Part shown: in pieces, positions 19,408 through 30,143 of the stretch
Numbering within the stretch: the first letter of the stretch is position 1
Layout of the letters: each line of letters starts with the position of its first letter
From: Kiritimatiellia bacterium
GTDB lineage: Bacteria > Verrucomicrobiota > Kiritimatiellia > JAAZAB01
Length of the DNA stretch: 64,000 nucleotides
Assembly (NCBI GenBank): GCA_040767085.1
Contig: JAXGPF010000003.1
Span: 288,001-352,000, forward strand
Direction of reading: 5' to 3'
Notes under the pieces: generated by a model
Seen by the model: the letters and a program-made list of their open reading frames with translations, nothing else
What the model was told of the DNA's origin: nothing
The model's database searches: none
Made by a program: the position numbers and the translations under genes

Positions 19408-20929
19408 ATTAGTAAAGCTGTCATCGCCGTCAATATCCAGGTAAACGCCGCCACCCACGCGGGCGTAATTATCCACGATAGTGCAGGCGGAAACATGATT
19501 GGTGGAATCGGCGCCAATGTAAATTCCGCCGCCGCGGGTGATATTATTTGCATCATCGCCCAGATTGCCGGCGACCAGGCAATTGCGGATGACGCCGTTG
19601 CCGCCGGCGCGGCAAAATATTCCCGCGCCAAATTTATAAGCCGTAGTCAGGTTGGTGATTATGTTGTCCCGGATGACGCAGTTTTCCAGCACGCTGTTCG
19701 AGCAAAGCGCCACCCCAGCGCCGCAGCCATTGCTCAAGATATTTCCGACAATCCGGCAGTCAACCGCCGTCAGTCCGAGGTGGGCATACTGCGAAGCCTC
19801 GATGCCGCCGCCGTATGAACGCGCGTAGTTATTGCTGATCACGCAATTGGACAGCACTAACCCACCCCCGCCCAGCATGACCCCGCCGCCATAATTGTTC
19901 GGCGCCTGGTTTCCGCTGATCTCAGTGTTGAAAATCATCTGCGTGCCGGGCGAGTAACAACACACTCCGCCCCCCTGCTGCGCCGTGTAATTGTCGCGGA
20001 TAAATGAATTGTAAATCACCGCATCGTTTTGACAAAATATCCCCCCGCCCCTGTTGGATATCGGAATGGAATTGTTCACAACCGTACAATTGGAAACAAC
20101 GCCGCCATCGGTAAATATTCCGCCGCCGTAATAATACGACTCGTTATTGCTTACCACGCTGTTGGCCAGCAACGCGCCGGCATACATCGCCACCCCGCCG
20201 GCCCGGGTGGCGGCATTGTCGTGAATGAAACAATCCCACACCTGCCCGTACGCAGTCACACCGCCGCCGCCGGACGAAGAAAAATTTATGTTGGTATTGA
20301 AGCTGATCACGCAATTGCTGATCAGGCCGGCGGTCTGGTAAACCCCGCCGCCGCGGTCTGCGCCGACGTTGTTGCTGACAATGCAGGCCTGCAACGTTCC
20401 GTCAACCAAGTACACTCCACCTCCCGCGCCGCTGCCGGCGGGAGTATTCTGGGTCATGCCGAATCCCGTGACAGTGAACTCCTCCACCGTCGCGCCGGCG
20501 TGGTTAAGGTAGATTCCGCGGTTGGTGATGGCGGGAAACTGGCCCTGAAGGATCGTATTGGTCCGGCTGGCGCCGCACAGGGTGATGGCGTTGGTGACAA
20601 GGATATTGGTCGTCAGAGTGTAAGTGCCGGCAGCCACATGCACCACCTCGCCGGCAACGGCATTAAACACGCCGTTGCTGATGGTCTTATAGGGATCTCC
20701 CGCCGTGCCGGCGCCGGCGTCATCGCCGGTAGCGTCGTTGACATATTTGTCCGCCTGTGATAACGGAACTATCGCCAGCAGCGCCAACCAGAATACAACA
20801 TACGATTTTTTCATCATCCCTTCTCCTTTATTGCTAGTTACAGGCGAATGCATGTCATCCCGTGTATTCGATTATTTAACATGCCGCTTGACTCCCTCGT
20901 TCCTCACGGCCGGAACTGTTTTCAACGCC

Positions 20930-23900
20930 TTATTGAGACTGCACCGAATCATCATGGAACGCCGTCGCCGTCTCGCCCTCTTCCAATTGCAGACCATTGA
21001 CCCAGACGATGGAGTTTGGTCCCGGGGCAAATTTGAATTGCCGCATCGGCCCATAGGCGGCGGTGTATTCACGCAACGCCGGCGCATCACCCGCAACCTG
21101 GTAGCGTTTCCATTCCGTCGTCAAGGCGAATCGGTTCCCGGAACGGCTCCCGCCCTTAATCAGGTAATCATAAGATACAATCACGCTGTCGCCGGCTTTC
21201 GCGCCTTTGGCGTAGAAGGAAAACACCCTCTTGCACGGTTCGGACGTCACGTCCGGCGGCCAGCATAGGCCGGACATGCTGTCGAACCCCCACGACGTGG
21301 TGTATTCCATGCGCAGGGATGGCATTCCATTCCAGGGATTGGCTTCATCCAGATACCAGAATGATCCCGGCTTGCCGCCGTCTGGATTAAATGGCGCGTA
21401 AAACGACTGCAGCCAATAGGCGCAATTGGGCATATAGAAATCCGGAACGCCTTTGTTGACCTGCAGTTTGAAAGCTGGATTGAGCACGTGGTTCTTGCCG
21501 TGCAACACCTGTTGTCTGATTTTCGGAATATCCACACTGGGCGCCTTTTCAGCATTCAATGCGGTCATATCCACCGCCACTTTTACCGGTGCGGCAATCC
21601 GGACTTCAGCCGCTTCCGCTGGTCGCGGATTCAGTTGCAACCGATACGCGCGCGTGCCGTAGCCCTCGATTTTGTCAGTGAACGCCTCCTCATCCAACCC
21701 CAATATCCTTTGTGCCTCTGCCCATTTGTCCCTCTGCCCCTCTGTGCCTTTGCCCCTCTGCCCCTCTGCCGCAAACATCCGCGCCACTCTTTGCAATCCG
21801 CCGATCGTGAATTTCGTATCCACCGCATACGGCATGATGTTCACCGCCAAAAGCAGGTAATCACCGTCCGGGTATTGGAACACCGCGGCATTGACCATCG
21901 GGAAGATTCGCTCTCTTGGCCGGAAATCGTCCGGAGTGTAGCGAATATTCCGGGCAATATCACCGTTGACCAAAGCAGGCGTCATTTCCCTGAATTGCGC
22001 GCAAACCTCCCGCAACCCATCCCAAGCATCCTCGTTTTTGACACATTGCAGGGAGAAATACAACAAGCCCCGGGCGCCGTAAATCACCGCCGTATATGCC
22101 TGACAGAGAATGTGAGCCTTGCTCATGCCGACCGGCGTCCGGCGAAGATCCAGCATATTCGCCAAAGGCACGAAAAACATTACCTTGTTGTCAAGGCGGC
22201 AGCGTTCCCGCAGGTTATACGCAAAAGCGGCCGTGTACAATCCGGGGTTGCCTTGAATGCGGGGCATAAACGGGCCGGGATAAATGTCGTAACCCAACAT
22301 CTCCCCCCACCGTGTCCAATTATCGCCATGGGGAATCATCTGAGAATACAGCAGAAACCGCGGACGGTAGGGGTCAATCGCATTCACGGTATTCCAATAC
22401 CATTCGGCGAGTGCAATCTTCACGTCCTGATCGCCCAAATTCGGCTCATCCACATTGTAATAGGCCAGCATGTTCCGGTGTTCCCTCAGAATTTTTGAAT
22501 TGTCAATCAAGACCGGTCCCATTTTTTCGTACCACTCCTTGAAAATTGCCAGCCGCTCATTCAACGGCAGTGTCTTGTCTCGTGTTCTCGGGTGCGGCGA
22601 AACCCATTCAACCACGTTCATGCCGTATTTGTCCGCCAGTCTCGCGAATATATCGGTATTGGTGGTCGCAGATCGGCAATGCGTATTGGTATTCATTGGA
22701 TGCGCGTTTACCAGCGTATTAAACCCAACGTCTTTCAAATACCTGAATAAATCCTCTTCACAGCCGCCCGCCGCGGATTCCGGATTGCTCCACGTATGAT
22801 CGCTCCACAGTGGGACATATATCCCGACGGGAAAAATCGGCCGGTCGTCCTTCAGGAGAATGCCCTTAATGAAATCGGTTTTCACCTCAAACCCGGGGCG
22901 GGGTTCCAAACGCTGAACAGAAAGAGTTCTGCGCGCCAGTTCTTTTCCCGCTGAAATCAGACGAACGATCAGGGGGTTATGGCCGATGCTGAACGCGTCC
23001 ACGGGGATTTCCGGCGTCATCACGGTGCTGACGCCCCGGGTCTCCGAAATTATGGCACCGTTGACTTCAAGGATCAACGTGATCTCCCGCGCCATTGTTT
23101 CCGGGATGCCGAATTCCAACCGGATCTTCGCGGTCGGCTCGGTCGTGTAATAACTGCGTCCGACAAACGCCTTTTTGAACAGGTTCAGGGCGGATGTGTC
23201 TTCAATCGCCGTGCTCGCCAGCACACTTCCGCCCAGCGGGTCCACAACCGCCACTCTGATCTTATACTCGTACTCGCGCACGTCCCCGGCCGGCACATTC
23301 AAAACAAGATCACGCCTGGAAACGTTGAGATCAACAAGTTCGGATGCCTTCTCGACGTCTTTGTCATCCATAGTCTCAACAACTTGGACCAAAGCTTTGC
23401 CGGCAACCGGCGTGAACCTCATAAGCGTCACCTTTACATCGTAGAAGTATTGGCCGTCTTGCTCTCGCAAGCCGGTCACGCTCGCGGACTGAAGCCGCGG
23501 GGCGAAAGGAACCTCCGCTTTGAATCCGCCCAAACCGGCGACCGCGACAAAATTCCCGGGTTTGTGGAAGCTGGGCCTATTGCCCGGGTTAAGCCCGTAA
23601 AAAAGAGTTTCTTCGCTTTGCCTTGCCCCCATATAGTCGAGGGTGATGGCAACATAATCGCGGATGACATTGATTTTCGCCCCGCTTAGATCATCACATT
23701 CCAAGGCATACAAAGGAATGGCAACCTCGGCGGTCCAGCCGTCCGGCAAGCGTTTGGTCACGCTCCGCCAGGGCGCATTCCATCCTATGTTTGCCCCGGA
23801 CTCGCCGGTAACGCGCTGTTCACACCTCACGTTGGCGAAACTGAGCAGAAACCAATACCAACGGTCTTGCGTCTCACCCGGTTGAATGCACACTTCCACC

Positions 23901-24229
23901 GTGTCGTTTCTGCTGATGGTAAGATAGTCATCGTGTTTGAACGCGGTTTGGATGACGTGGATCATATTGGAATTGACGCATTTGAAACCCACGTACAGCC
24001 ATTTATCGTCCCGGACAAGGTAAACCGTCGTGTTCTTGACGGGGATATTGACGTTTTCCCCGTATAATGTCTCGATTTTGGCGGCATTTTTCCAGGCGGG
24101 ATCATCCAGCGAGCCGTCCAATGTCGGCGGCGTTATTGTCTCCGAAATCATAATTGGTGCCGGTTCAGTGGCGAAGGCGCCAATCGTCAAACCGCAACAA
24201 ATTCCAGCTAGAAGTCTCCAGATGTTCAT
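20930..24229 (-). CDS. Secreted multidomain glycoside-hydrolase-like protein (CBM9/DOMON-like, TIM-barrel-like with VDEP, C-terminal CBM-like), paralogue 2
   Basis: Signal peptide MNIWRLLAG...; PTLDGSLDDPAW...WTAEVAIP; YYNVDEPN; C-terminal NPAF...FSFYAKG...LTTEWKRY...GLQLEEG. Alternative start at 24328. Confidence 0.75.
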   Translation of the reverse strand: MNIWRLLAGICCGLTIGAFATEPAPIMISETITPPTLDGSLDDPAWKNAAKIETLYGENVNIPVKNTTVYLVRDDKWLYVGFKCVNSNMIHVIQTAFKHDDYLTISRNDTVEVCIQPGETQDRWYWFLLSFANVRCEQRVTGESGANIGWNAPWRSVTKRLPDGWTAEVAIPLYALECDDLSGAKINVIRDYVAITLDYMGARQSEETLFYGLNPGNRPSFHKPGNFVAVAGLGGFKAEVPFAPRLQSASVTGLREQDGQYFYDVKVTLMRFTPVAGKALVQVVETMDDKDVEKASELVDLNVSRRDLVLNVPAGDVREYEYKIRVAVVDPLGGSVLASTAIEDTSALNLFKKAFVGRSYYTTEPTAKIRLEFGIPETMAREITLILEVNGAIISETRGVSTVMTPEIPVDAFSIGHNPLIVRLISAGKELARRTLSVQRLEPRPGFEVKTDFIKGILLKDDRPIFPVGIYVPLWSDHTWSNPESAAGGCEEDLFRYLKDVGFNTLVNAHPMNTNTHCRSATTNTDIFARLADKYGMNVVEWVSPHPRTRDKTLPLNERLAIFKEWYEKMGPVLIDNSKILREHRNMLAYYNVDEPNLGDQDVKIALAEWYWNTVNAIDPYRPRFLLYSQMIPHGDNWTRWGEMLGYDIYPGPFMPRIQGNPGLYTAAFAYNLRERCRLDNKVMFFVPLANMLDLRRTPVGMSKAHILCQAYTAVIYGARGLLYFSLQCVKNEDAWDGLREVCAQFREMTPALVNGDIARNIRYTPDDFRPRERIFPMVNAAVFQYPDGDYLLLAVNIMPYAVDTKFTIGGLQRVARMFAAEGQRGKGTEGQRDKWAEAQRILGLDEEAFTDKIEGYGTRAYRLQLNPRPAEAAEVRIAAPVKVAVDMTALNAEKAPSVDIPKIRQQVLHGKNHVLNPAFKLQVNKGVPDFYMPNCAYWLQSFYAPFNPDGGKPGSFWYLDEANPWNGMPSLRMEYTTSWGFDSMSGLCWPPDVTSEPCKRVFSFYAKGAKAGDSVIVSYDYLIKGGSRSGNRFALTTEWKRYQVAGDAPALREYTAAYGPMRQFKFAPGPNSIVWVNGLQLEEGETATAFHDDSVQSQ

Positions 24230-24544
24230 GAATGTACCTATGGTTTTGTTTATCTGTCCATGTTTGAAACATGGGAACATTCCACCGGCTTGTCCGGCAT
24301 GGCTTCTTGTGCTGAGATTCCGGTCCATGCTGATCTCCTGACTGCGCGACAGGTTTTCCCGTCAGGTTATTTTTCCCTGTCATAATCCACAATATTACCG
24401 CCCCGATTGTTCTTCATTTCGCGCTGTTATCCACAGTGATCATGGCGCAGGCTTTCTTGTTCATCCTTGGTTTCCGACCAAGGCGCACTCAGTTTGCAGA
24501 TTTTCTTGTTTGCCGACGAGCGGATATCCATAAACACATATGGA

Positions 24545-26134
24545 CTATGCCCGGCCATGGTACCATCCTTTCAATTGCGCCCATTCCTGTCGGCAAAAAG
24601 CATCCAGTTCCATCATGCCCAGGGCGGTGAAAGCCAGACAATTCAGCCAGAGCGTTCGCTGACCAATATTCTTGTCACCAACCATATCCCCCAACAGCGT
24701 GGGCAGGCACCCTGTTTCGGAGTCCTGGGCGGCGGTCACGGCCGATCCCAGCGCCAGCGCCTTGGCCAGAAAAATGTCCTGCCGGGTCTTTTCGTATGCC
24801 TTCATATACAGTCGAATCATGTTCACGGCGGACGAATCTATCGGATAATCCCACTCGTACTGTTCCAGGACGCAGGGTATCGGCCAGGAAGCGGTGGAAG
24901 CGGCAAGCGCATGCCTGCCTGGACGGGGCATGGGCTTGTCCCAGACCACAAACTGGTCTTCGGCATAACGGATGATCTCCATCGCAATATCCCCGCAGCC
25001 GGGATGGTCGTCGCCGTGGTCCAACAGGTATAGCGCAACCTGCGCCGCGTAAAACCCCGTCATGCTTTTGTATTTTTCGGAGCCCGGCATGATATCCTCA
25101 AACTGGCTTTCCCAGTGAAAATCCCTGACCGGATGCTCAATTATCCAGGCAACCGCCCTATCCCGGGCGCGGCGATATGGTTCACGGTCGTCTTCGTTCA
25201 GCAAGACATCGAACATGTTGATCATCCTGATCGGCAGACAGGTATTATCCATGACAGGACTACCGGTGTCGCTGTCGACCATCAACGGCCAGGAACCGTT
25301 CGGAAGTTGCAACCGGACATAAGTATCGGCAATGCGTTGCGCGGCTTCCCGATATTTCCCCAGCCCCGTGGCCCTGGCCAGACTGATATAGGAACTGATC
25401 GGTAGCAGCGCTTCCGTCAACATCAACTTGCCGAAAAACTTGTTTTCTGCTCCCAGTCTCTTGAAATCATAAACCGGCGGCAGATATTGCAGCGGATGCC
25501 CGGCCGGATTGCCGGCGGCAATCAAATAATCGGCCGCATTGATTGCCAGCATCAGGGCCCGATCCTTCTTATCCGGTTTCAACGAGGCATAGGCAACCAT
25601 CGCGCCAATCACGGCGCCGATGATCTTGGCCGGAAAACGATAAACACTGTAGCCGGGGTCCGGAGCTTTGTTTTCCCAATACTGAACCTGTGGAAGCTGA
25701 TAAAAATAGTCAAGCGCCATGCCAGCGCATTCCCGGAAATCCCTGGCCGGCGGCGGCGGCGGTCCCGAGAATGGCACAGACTTGTAAAATTCACGCAACC
25801 CGCTGATCCCCACGATGTTGCCGTCCTTGTCAAGCGCCGTTACTTTCAGCGCGGCAAACCCCGCCGGAATCTGCGACCAAACCGGGCCCAGGTCGGCCCA
25901 GGGCTCCGCGGCTGTGAAATCGCAGGCCGTCCCCTCCCGCCAGTTCATCTTGTCCCAGCAGTTGATTTCAAAATGATAACTTGCCGCCTCGTCAAATTTT
26001 TTAAATTCAAATGCCGGCGCATGGATGAATTGTTTCGCATAGCCGTTCCAGAACGGCGTTTCGCCCGGGATGCCGGGCCGAATCGGCCGGAGCGATTCCG
26101 CCACGGCCTGCGCATTAATGTGTTTCCAGTTCAT
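24545..26134 (-). CDS. Hypothetical protein, probable (alpha/alpha)-barrel
   Basis: Long ORF with an AGGAG RBS; helical repeats such as YREAAQRIADTYVRLQLPNGSWP and FLAKALALGSAVTAAQDSETG. Confidence 0.7.
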   Translation of the reverse strand: MNWKHINAQAVAESLRPIRPGIPGETPFWNGYAKQFIHAPAFEFKKFDEAASYHFEINCWDKMNWREGTACDFTAAEPWADLGPVWSQIPAGFAALKVTALDKDGNIVGISGLREFYKSVPFSGPPPPPARDFRECAGMALDYFYQLPQVQYWENKAPDPGYSVYRFPAKIIGAVIGAMVAYASLKPDKKDRALMLAINAADYLIAAGNPAGHPLQYLPPVYDFKRLGAENKFFGKLMLTEALLPISSYISLARATGLGKYREAAQRIADTYVRLQLPNGSWPLMVDSDTGSPVMDNTCLPIRMINMFDVLLNEDDREPYRRARDRAVAWIIEHPVRDFHWESQFEDIMPGSEKYKSMTGFYAAQVALYLLDHGDDHPGCGDIAMEIIRYAEDQFVVWDKPMPRPGRHALAASTASWPIPCVLEQYEWDYPIDSSAVNMIRLYMKAYEKTRQDIFLAKALALGSAVTAAQDSETGCLPTLLGDMVGDKNIGQRTLWLNCLAFTALGMMELDAFCRQEWAQLKGWYHGRA

Positions 26135-26163
26135 GCCGATCTCCTGAAGCTCCTTCTTTACCA

Positions 26164-26207
26164 ATACCTGATTCCGTGACGGCTTTGGCCGTCACGGAAT
26201 CAGGTAT
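26164..26207. repeat. Perfect 20-bp inverted repeat with a 4-nt loop
   Basis: ATACCTGATTCCGTGACGGC-TTTG-GCCGTCACGGAATCAGGTAT. Confidence 0.95.
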
Positions 26208-26753
26208 GAATAATCAATATTAGAGTTAAAGCTGATCACGCAATTGCTGATCAGGCCGGCGGTCTGGTAAACCCCGCCGCCGCGGTCCGCGCCGACGTTG
26301 TGCTGACAATGCAGGCCTGCAACGTTCCGTCAACCAAGTACACTCCACCTCCCGCTCCGCTGCCGGCGGGAGTATTCTGGGTCATGCCGAATCCCGTGAC
26401 AGTGAATTCTTCCACCGTCGCGCCGGCGTGGTTAAGGTAGATTACGCGGTTGGTAATGGCGGGAAACTGGCCCTGGATGATCGTATTGGTCCGGCTGGCT
26501 CCGCGCAGGGTGATGGCGTTGGTGACAAGAATATTGGTCGTCAGCGTGTAAGTGCCGGCGGCCACATGCACCACCTCGCCGGCAACGGCATTAAACACGC
26601 CGTTGCTGACGGTCAGCCAGGGATTCCCGAACGAACCGTCGCCGTTAAGATCGTCGCCGGTCGTGGCAACATAATAAGTGCCGATGCCAAAGCCGGTTGA
26701 TATGATGGCGGCCCAAATCAGCATTACAGATACGATTCTCGTTTTGCCCTCAT
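26208..26753 (-). pseudogene. Truncated, frameshifted paralogue of the beta-helix/choice-of-anchor-Q-like genes
   Basis: ~26229-26614 is nearly identical to ~20300-20686 but has a 1-nt deletion (gttgtgctg vs gttgttgctg); the homology ends at the palindrome. Confidence 0.85.
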
Positions 26754-26790
26754 GTTTGCACTTGATTTATAAACATAACGGACTGGCAAC

Positions 26791-29700
26791 CTACCATGTG
26801 GTATAAATAACGTTTGTAGACGTTTCTACTTCCAGGATGCGATTGGTTGTAAAGATATTGATATAAACATCCATATTGCCCCATGTGCCTCCGTCAGGAT
26901 AATCTTCCTGACGGATGGTATGCGCAGCCGAAGAATAATACAACCAATTATTACAGATCCAAGCGCCCGTATAGGGGATGCCCCGCAAATTAACCGCCCA
27001 GGGGGTTTTAAACGTGTTATGATGAATGTAGGTCGTGCCGCCGGCATAGTCGGTTCCGGTCCAACGATGCACGTCGAAACTGTGCGAGGACGAGCCACAG
27101 TATACGTTACAATGCTCCAACACCAAATTGAAACAGGCCTCATAATTGGAATTCGTGCCCCCCGAAGATGCGATGCTGTGCCGGTTGTAATCGAATATAT
27201 TGGCTTCAATGACGCTTTCCGAAACCGCGCCGCCAAGCATCACGCCGTAACCATACCCCGTTTGCAGGCAATGATGAATATAATTGTGGTGGATGTAAGC
27301 ATTCGTGCCATACACCGCAATCCCCGTGTAAGGCCATGCCGATATCTCGCAATTATCCACTTCCAGCTCCGAAGCGTTACAACGAATACCCATCGAAATA
27401 TCATAGCCATTCGTGGGAATGGCTTCGCCGGAATATGACCCCTGAAGACGAAGTCCGGTTACCCGCACATTGGCGCCCCCCGCCTTGAATAATGGGCAGG
27501 TGCTGGGGACGGTGGTATACAACAAGGCCCCTGAGGATCCGTCTACACCCCGCCCGCTTGCCAGAGTTACGCCGCCGGGAATGACGATCCACTCGTATCC
27601 ACTCAAGTCGAGCGCGGCGGCGTCATTCACGTAGACCACATCCCCTGTCGTTGCCATCGCCAGTCCTTGGATCAGTTCATCGACGGTGTTGTTAACATAA
27701 TACGTATATGTGGTTACAACATCGCTGTATCCCGCTCCGCCGCCGATCGGATTTCCGGTGGGATTCCCCTCGCAGCCGAAACCGTATTCCCCGCCTTCAT
27801 TCTGCCATTGCTGATGGATTTCGTCGGGGCCCAGCGCCCGGTCATATATGCGTACTTCGTCCAACGCTCCTTGGAAAAAGTAATCTTCTGAATATGAGCT
27901 ATAGGCTCCCAGCATTAAATCCGCGGTGTTGGCTCCGATATTCTCCGCCGTGCCAGTGACGGCGCTGTCAAGGACACCGTTGACATACAAACGACCTGTG
28001 CCGTTTGTCATGTTATATGTCCCGGCCAGATAGACCCAGCAATTGCTGTCAAGGACATTGGCGCCCTCGATGCTAACGTTCCAACCGCTGCCATCGGCCC
28101 GTCCAATGGCGAAATACGGCTTTCCCGAATGCGTGGCCAGGAAATACTCGCATTCGCCCTTGGCGGCGATGACATGATACCCCGCACGGGTATCCGGTTT
28201 AACCCAAGCCGACACACACAGCTCGTATATGCCGTTCAGGCTGGCGTCGTTGCCGCAATTTACATGATCGTTTATCCCGTCCAGTGTCAGCGCCGCTCCG
28301 ATTCTGCCCGGCCCCCAACTGTTGGCGGCATCCATGTCCACCAAGACGCCGTCATTCCGCATGCGGCCGGATTTGTCGGCCGCCACGGCCCCCGATCCTT
28401 CGTCAAAGCTCCAATATCCGCAGAGGTTACCGCCGATATAATTCCGGTATAATTCGGCCGGCGTCATCGCGCGATCATACAACCGGACGTTGCCGATGTC
28501 GCCATTGAAATAAGCCCCGCCATAACTCAGCCGGCCGATATTAAGGGATACCGCATTGGAAACCAGCGTCATGCTGTATGATTTCGACAATTTTTCCTGG
28601 CCATTGACATATCCGCGCAGCACATGCCCGTCATACGTGGCGGCAACATGGCGCCACTCGCCCACGACAAAGTTGGTCGCCGGAATATAAATGACGCCCC
28701 AGTTGGTTCCGCCGCCACCGATATACATCCCCATCCGTCCGTCGGCCCAATATTTCCATTGATACGGCGCAGTGGTGTATCCGCCGCTCAGGTATTTTCC
28801 CAGAACCGCCTGATTGTTGTTGGTCAGACTATTGGGACGAATCCAACAGGAAATCGTGAATGCATTTTCACCATTTAAGTTCAATATACTGTCGTTTCCG
28901 CAGTCCAAATAATTACTGGCGCCAGGACCTCCAAAATGCAATGCCGATCGGAAATAGCCATCCGGCGTAAGCCGTCCGTCAATCCACGCCGATGCATCCA
29001 TATTGACCAAGGTTGCGTGATTGGTAAACGCGGAATCGTCCGCCGTGGTTGTGCCGATTCCTTCTTTCATTTGCCAACAACCGACATTACCTTCATAGAG
29101 CGCATAAATATCGCCGGGCCAAAGCGCATAATTACACATAATGACGTTATCTATGTCGCCATTGAAATATGCCCCGCCAAAACTTAGCCGTCCGATGTTA
29201 AGGGATACCGCGTTGGAAACCAGCGTTATGCTGTATGATTTCGACATTTTTTCCTGGCCATTGACATATCCGCGCAGCATATGACCGTCATACGTGGCGA
29301 CTACATGGCGCCACTCGCCCACGACAAAGTTGGTCGCCGGAATGTATATGACGCCCCAGTTGGTTCCGCCACCGCCGATGTACATCCCCATCTGCCCGGC
29401 GGCCCAAAACTTCCATTGATACGGCGCGGTAGTGTATCCGCCACTCAGGTATTTTCCGAGAACCGCCTGGTCATTGGTGAGACTGTTGGGACGAATCCAG
29501 CAGGCAATGGTGAAGGCATTATTGTCCCTTAAATTTAGGATACCGGCATTCCCGCAGTCCACATAATTACTGCTCCCAGGGCCATTAAAACGCAATGCTG
29601 TCTTGCCGATCCCGGGAACCCAGTTGGTTGCGGGAAGCATGTTACAGAGTAGTCCGTTATGCCCGTAGCCTGATTCGTCCGCCGTATTTGTGCCCAGGCC

Positions 29701-29817
29701 TTCATTAAAACGCCAGTGTCCCACGATGGCGTCCGAAGTCCAGGCGTTTCCCGTCAGGCCGGCGACCGCAAGCAAAGTTATGACGGTCGAAATGCACCTT
29801 TGAGAATCACGATTCAT
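26791..29817 (-). CDS. Secreted protein with three LamG-like jellyroll domains and a C-terminal right-handed beta-helix domain
   Basis: Signal peptide; three G.W.F.EG.G....D.SG...FT...W...W.HV.ATYDG....YVNG...F.G.ID.V units; C-terminal ELEVDNCEISAW...HHNYIHH...GYGYGV...EANIFDYNRHSIA. Confidence 0.85.
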   Translation of the reverse strand: MNRDSQRCISTVITLLAVAGLTGNAWTSDAIVGHWRFNEGLGTNTADESGYGHNGLLCNMLPATNWVPGIGKTALRFNGPGSSNYVDCGNAGILNLRDNNAFTIACWIRPNSLTNDQAVLGKYLSGGYTTAPYQWKFWAAGQMGMYIGGGGTNWGVIYIPATNFVVGEWRHVVATYDGHMLRGYVNGQEKMSKSYSITLVSNAVSLNIGRLSFGGAYFNGDIDNVIMCNYALWPGDIYALYEGNVGCWQMKEGIGTTTADDSAFTNHATLVNMDASAWIDGRLTPDGYFRSALHFGGPGASNYLDCGNDSILNLNGENAFTISCWIRPNSLTNNNQAVLGKYLSGGYTTAPYQWKYWADGRMGMYIGGGGTNWGVIYIPATNFVVGEWRHVAATYDGHVLRGYVNGQEKLSKSYSMTLVSNAVSLNIGRLSYGGAYFNGDIGNVRLYDRAMTPAELYRNYIGGNLCGYWSFDEGSGAVAADKSGRMRNDGVLVDMDAANSWGPGRIGAALTLDGINDHVNCGNDASLNGIYELCVSAWVKPDTRAGYHVIAAKGECEYFLATHSGKPYFAIGRADGSGWNVSIEGANVLDSNCWVYLAGTYNMTNGTGRLYVNGVLDSAVTGTAENIGANTADLMLGAYSSYSEDYFFQGALDEVRIYDRALGPDEIHQQWQNEGGEYGFGCEGNPTGNPIGGGAGYSDVVTTYTYYVNNTVDELIQGLAMATTGDVVYVNDAAALDLSGYEWIVIPGGVTLASGRGVDGSSGALLYTTVPSTCPLFKAGGANVRVTGLRLQGSYSGEAIPTNGYDISMGIRCNASELEVDNCEISAWPYTGIAVYGTNAYIHHNYIHHCLQTGYGYGVMLGGAVSESVIEANIFDYNRHSIASSGGTNSNYEACFNLVLEHCNVYCGSSSHSFDVHRWTGTDYAGGTTYIHHNTFKTPWAVNLRGIPYTGAWICNNWLYYSSAAHTIRQEDYPDGGTWGNMDVYINIFTTNRILEVETSTNVIYTTW

Positions 29818-30143
29818 GAGTTCATGTACGGCGTTAATCCTGAAAAAACTGCAGCTACGTATTTCATGACGGTATTCATAACGCCGCTCCTGATTTTGTG
29901 GCGGGTATCTCCGCCACCTGGTTTTCGTCCAACTTGGTTACCGGCCCATTGCGCTTAACCCAAGGCGGACGCAAGTCCACAACCCGCGCCTTTATAGCAC
30001 CATCCCGTGCCAGATCATCCTTCCGCAACAGCATCACATCAAACGTGCTGGAATTTTTAGCGCTTTATTCGTTCCAGATATGACACATTTTAGCACATGA
30101 AATATGCGCGGCGCAAAAATATGTCATATCTGAAAGGAACGGA

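Larger units (their letters stand above)
17228..20817 (-). pseudogene. Secreted beta-helix repeat / choice-of-anchor-Q-like protein interrupted by IS1380
   Basis: The 5' part (19414..20817) has a signal peptide and GGG..NC.I..N repeats. The 3' part (17228..17566) reads TNCIVVSN...SPGVNAGTN..W....DL.G..R......DMGCYEYLPQGALFSFK. Removing the IS and one target copy restores ...DDSFTNCIVV in frame. Confidence 0.88.
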
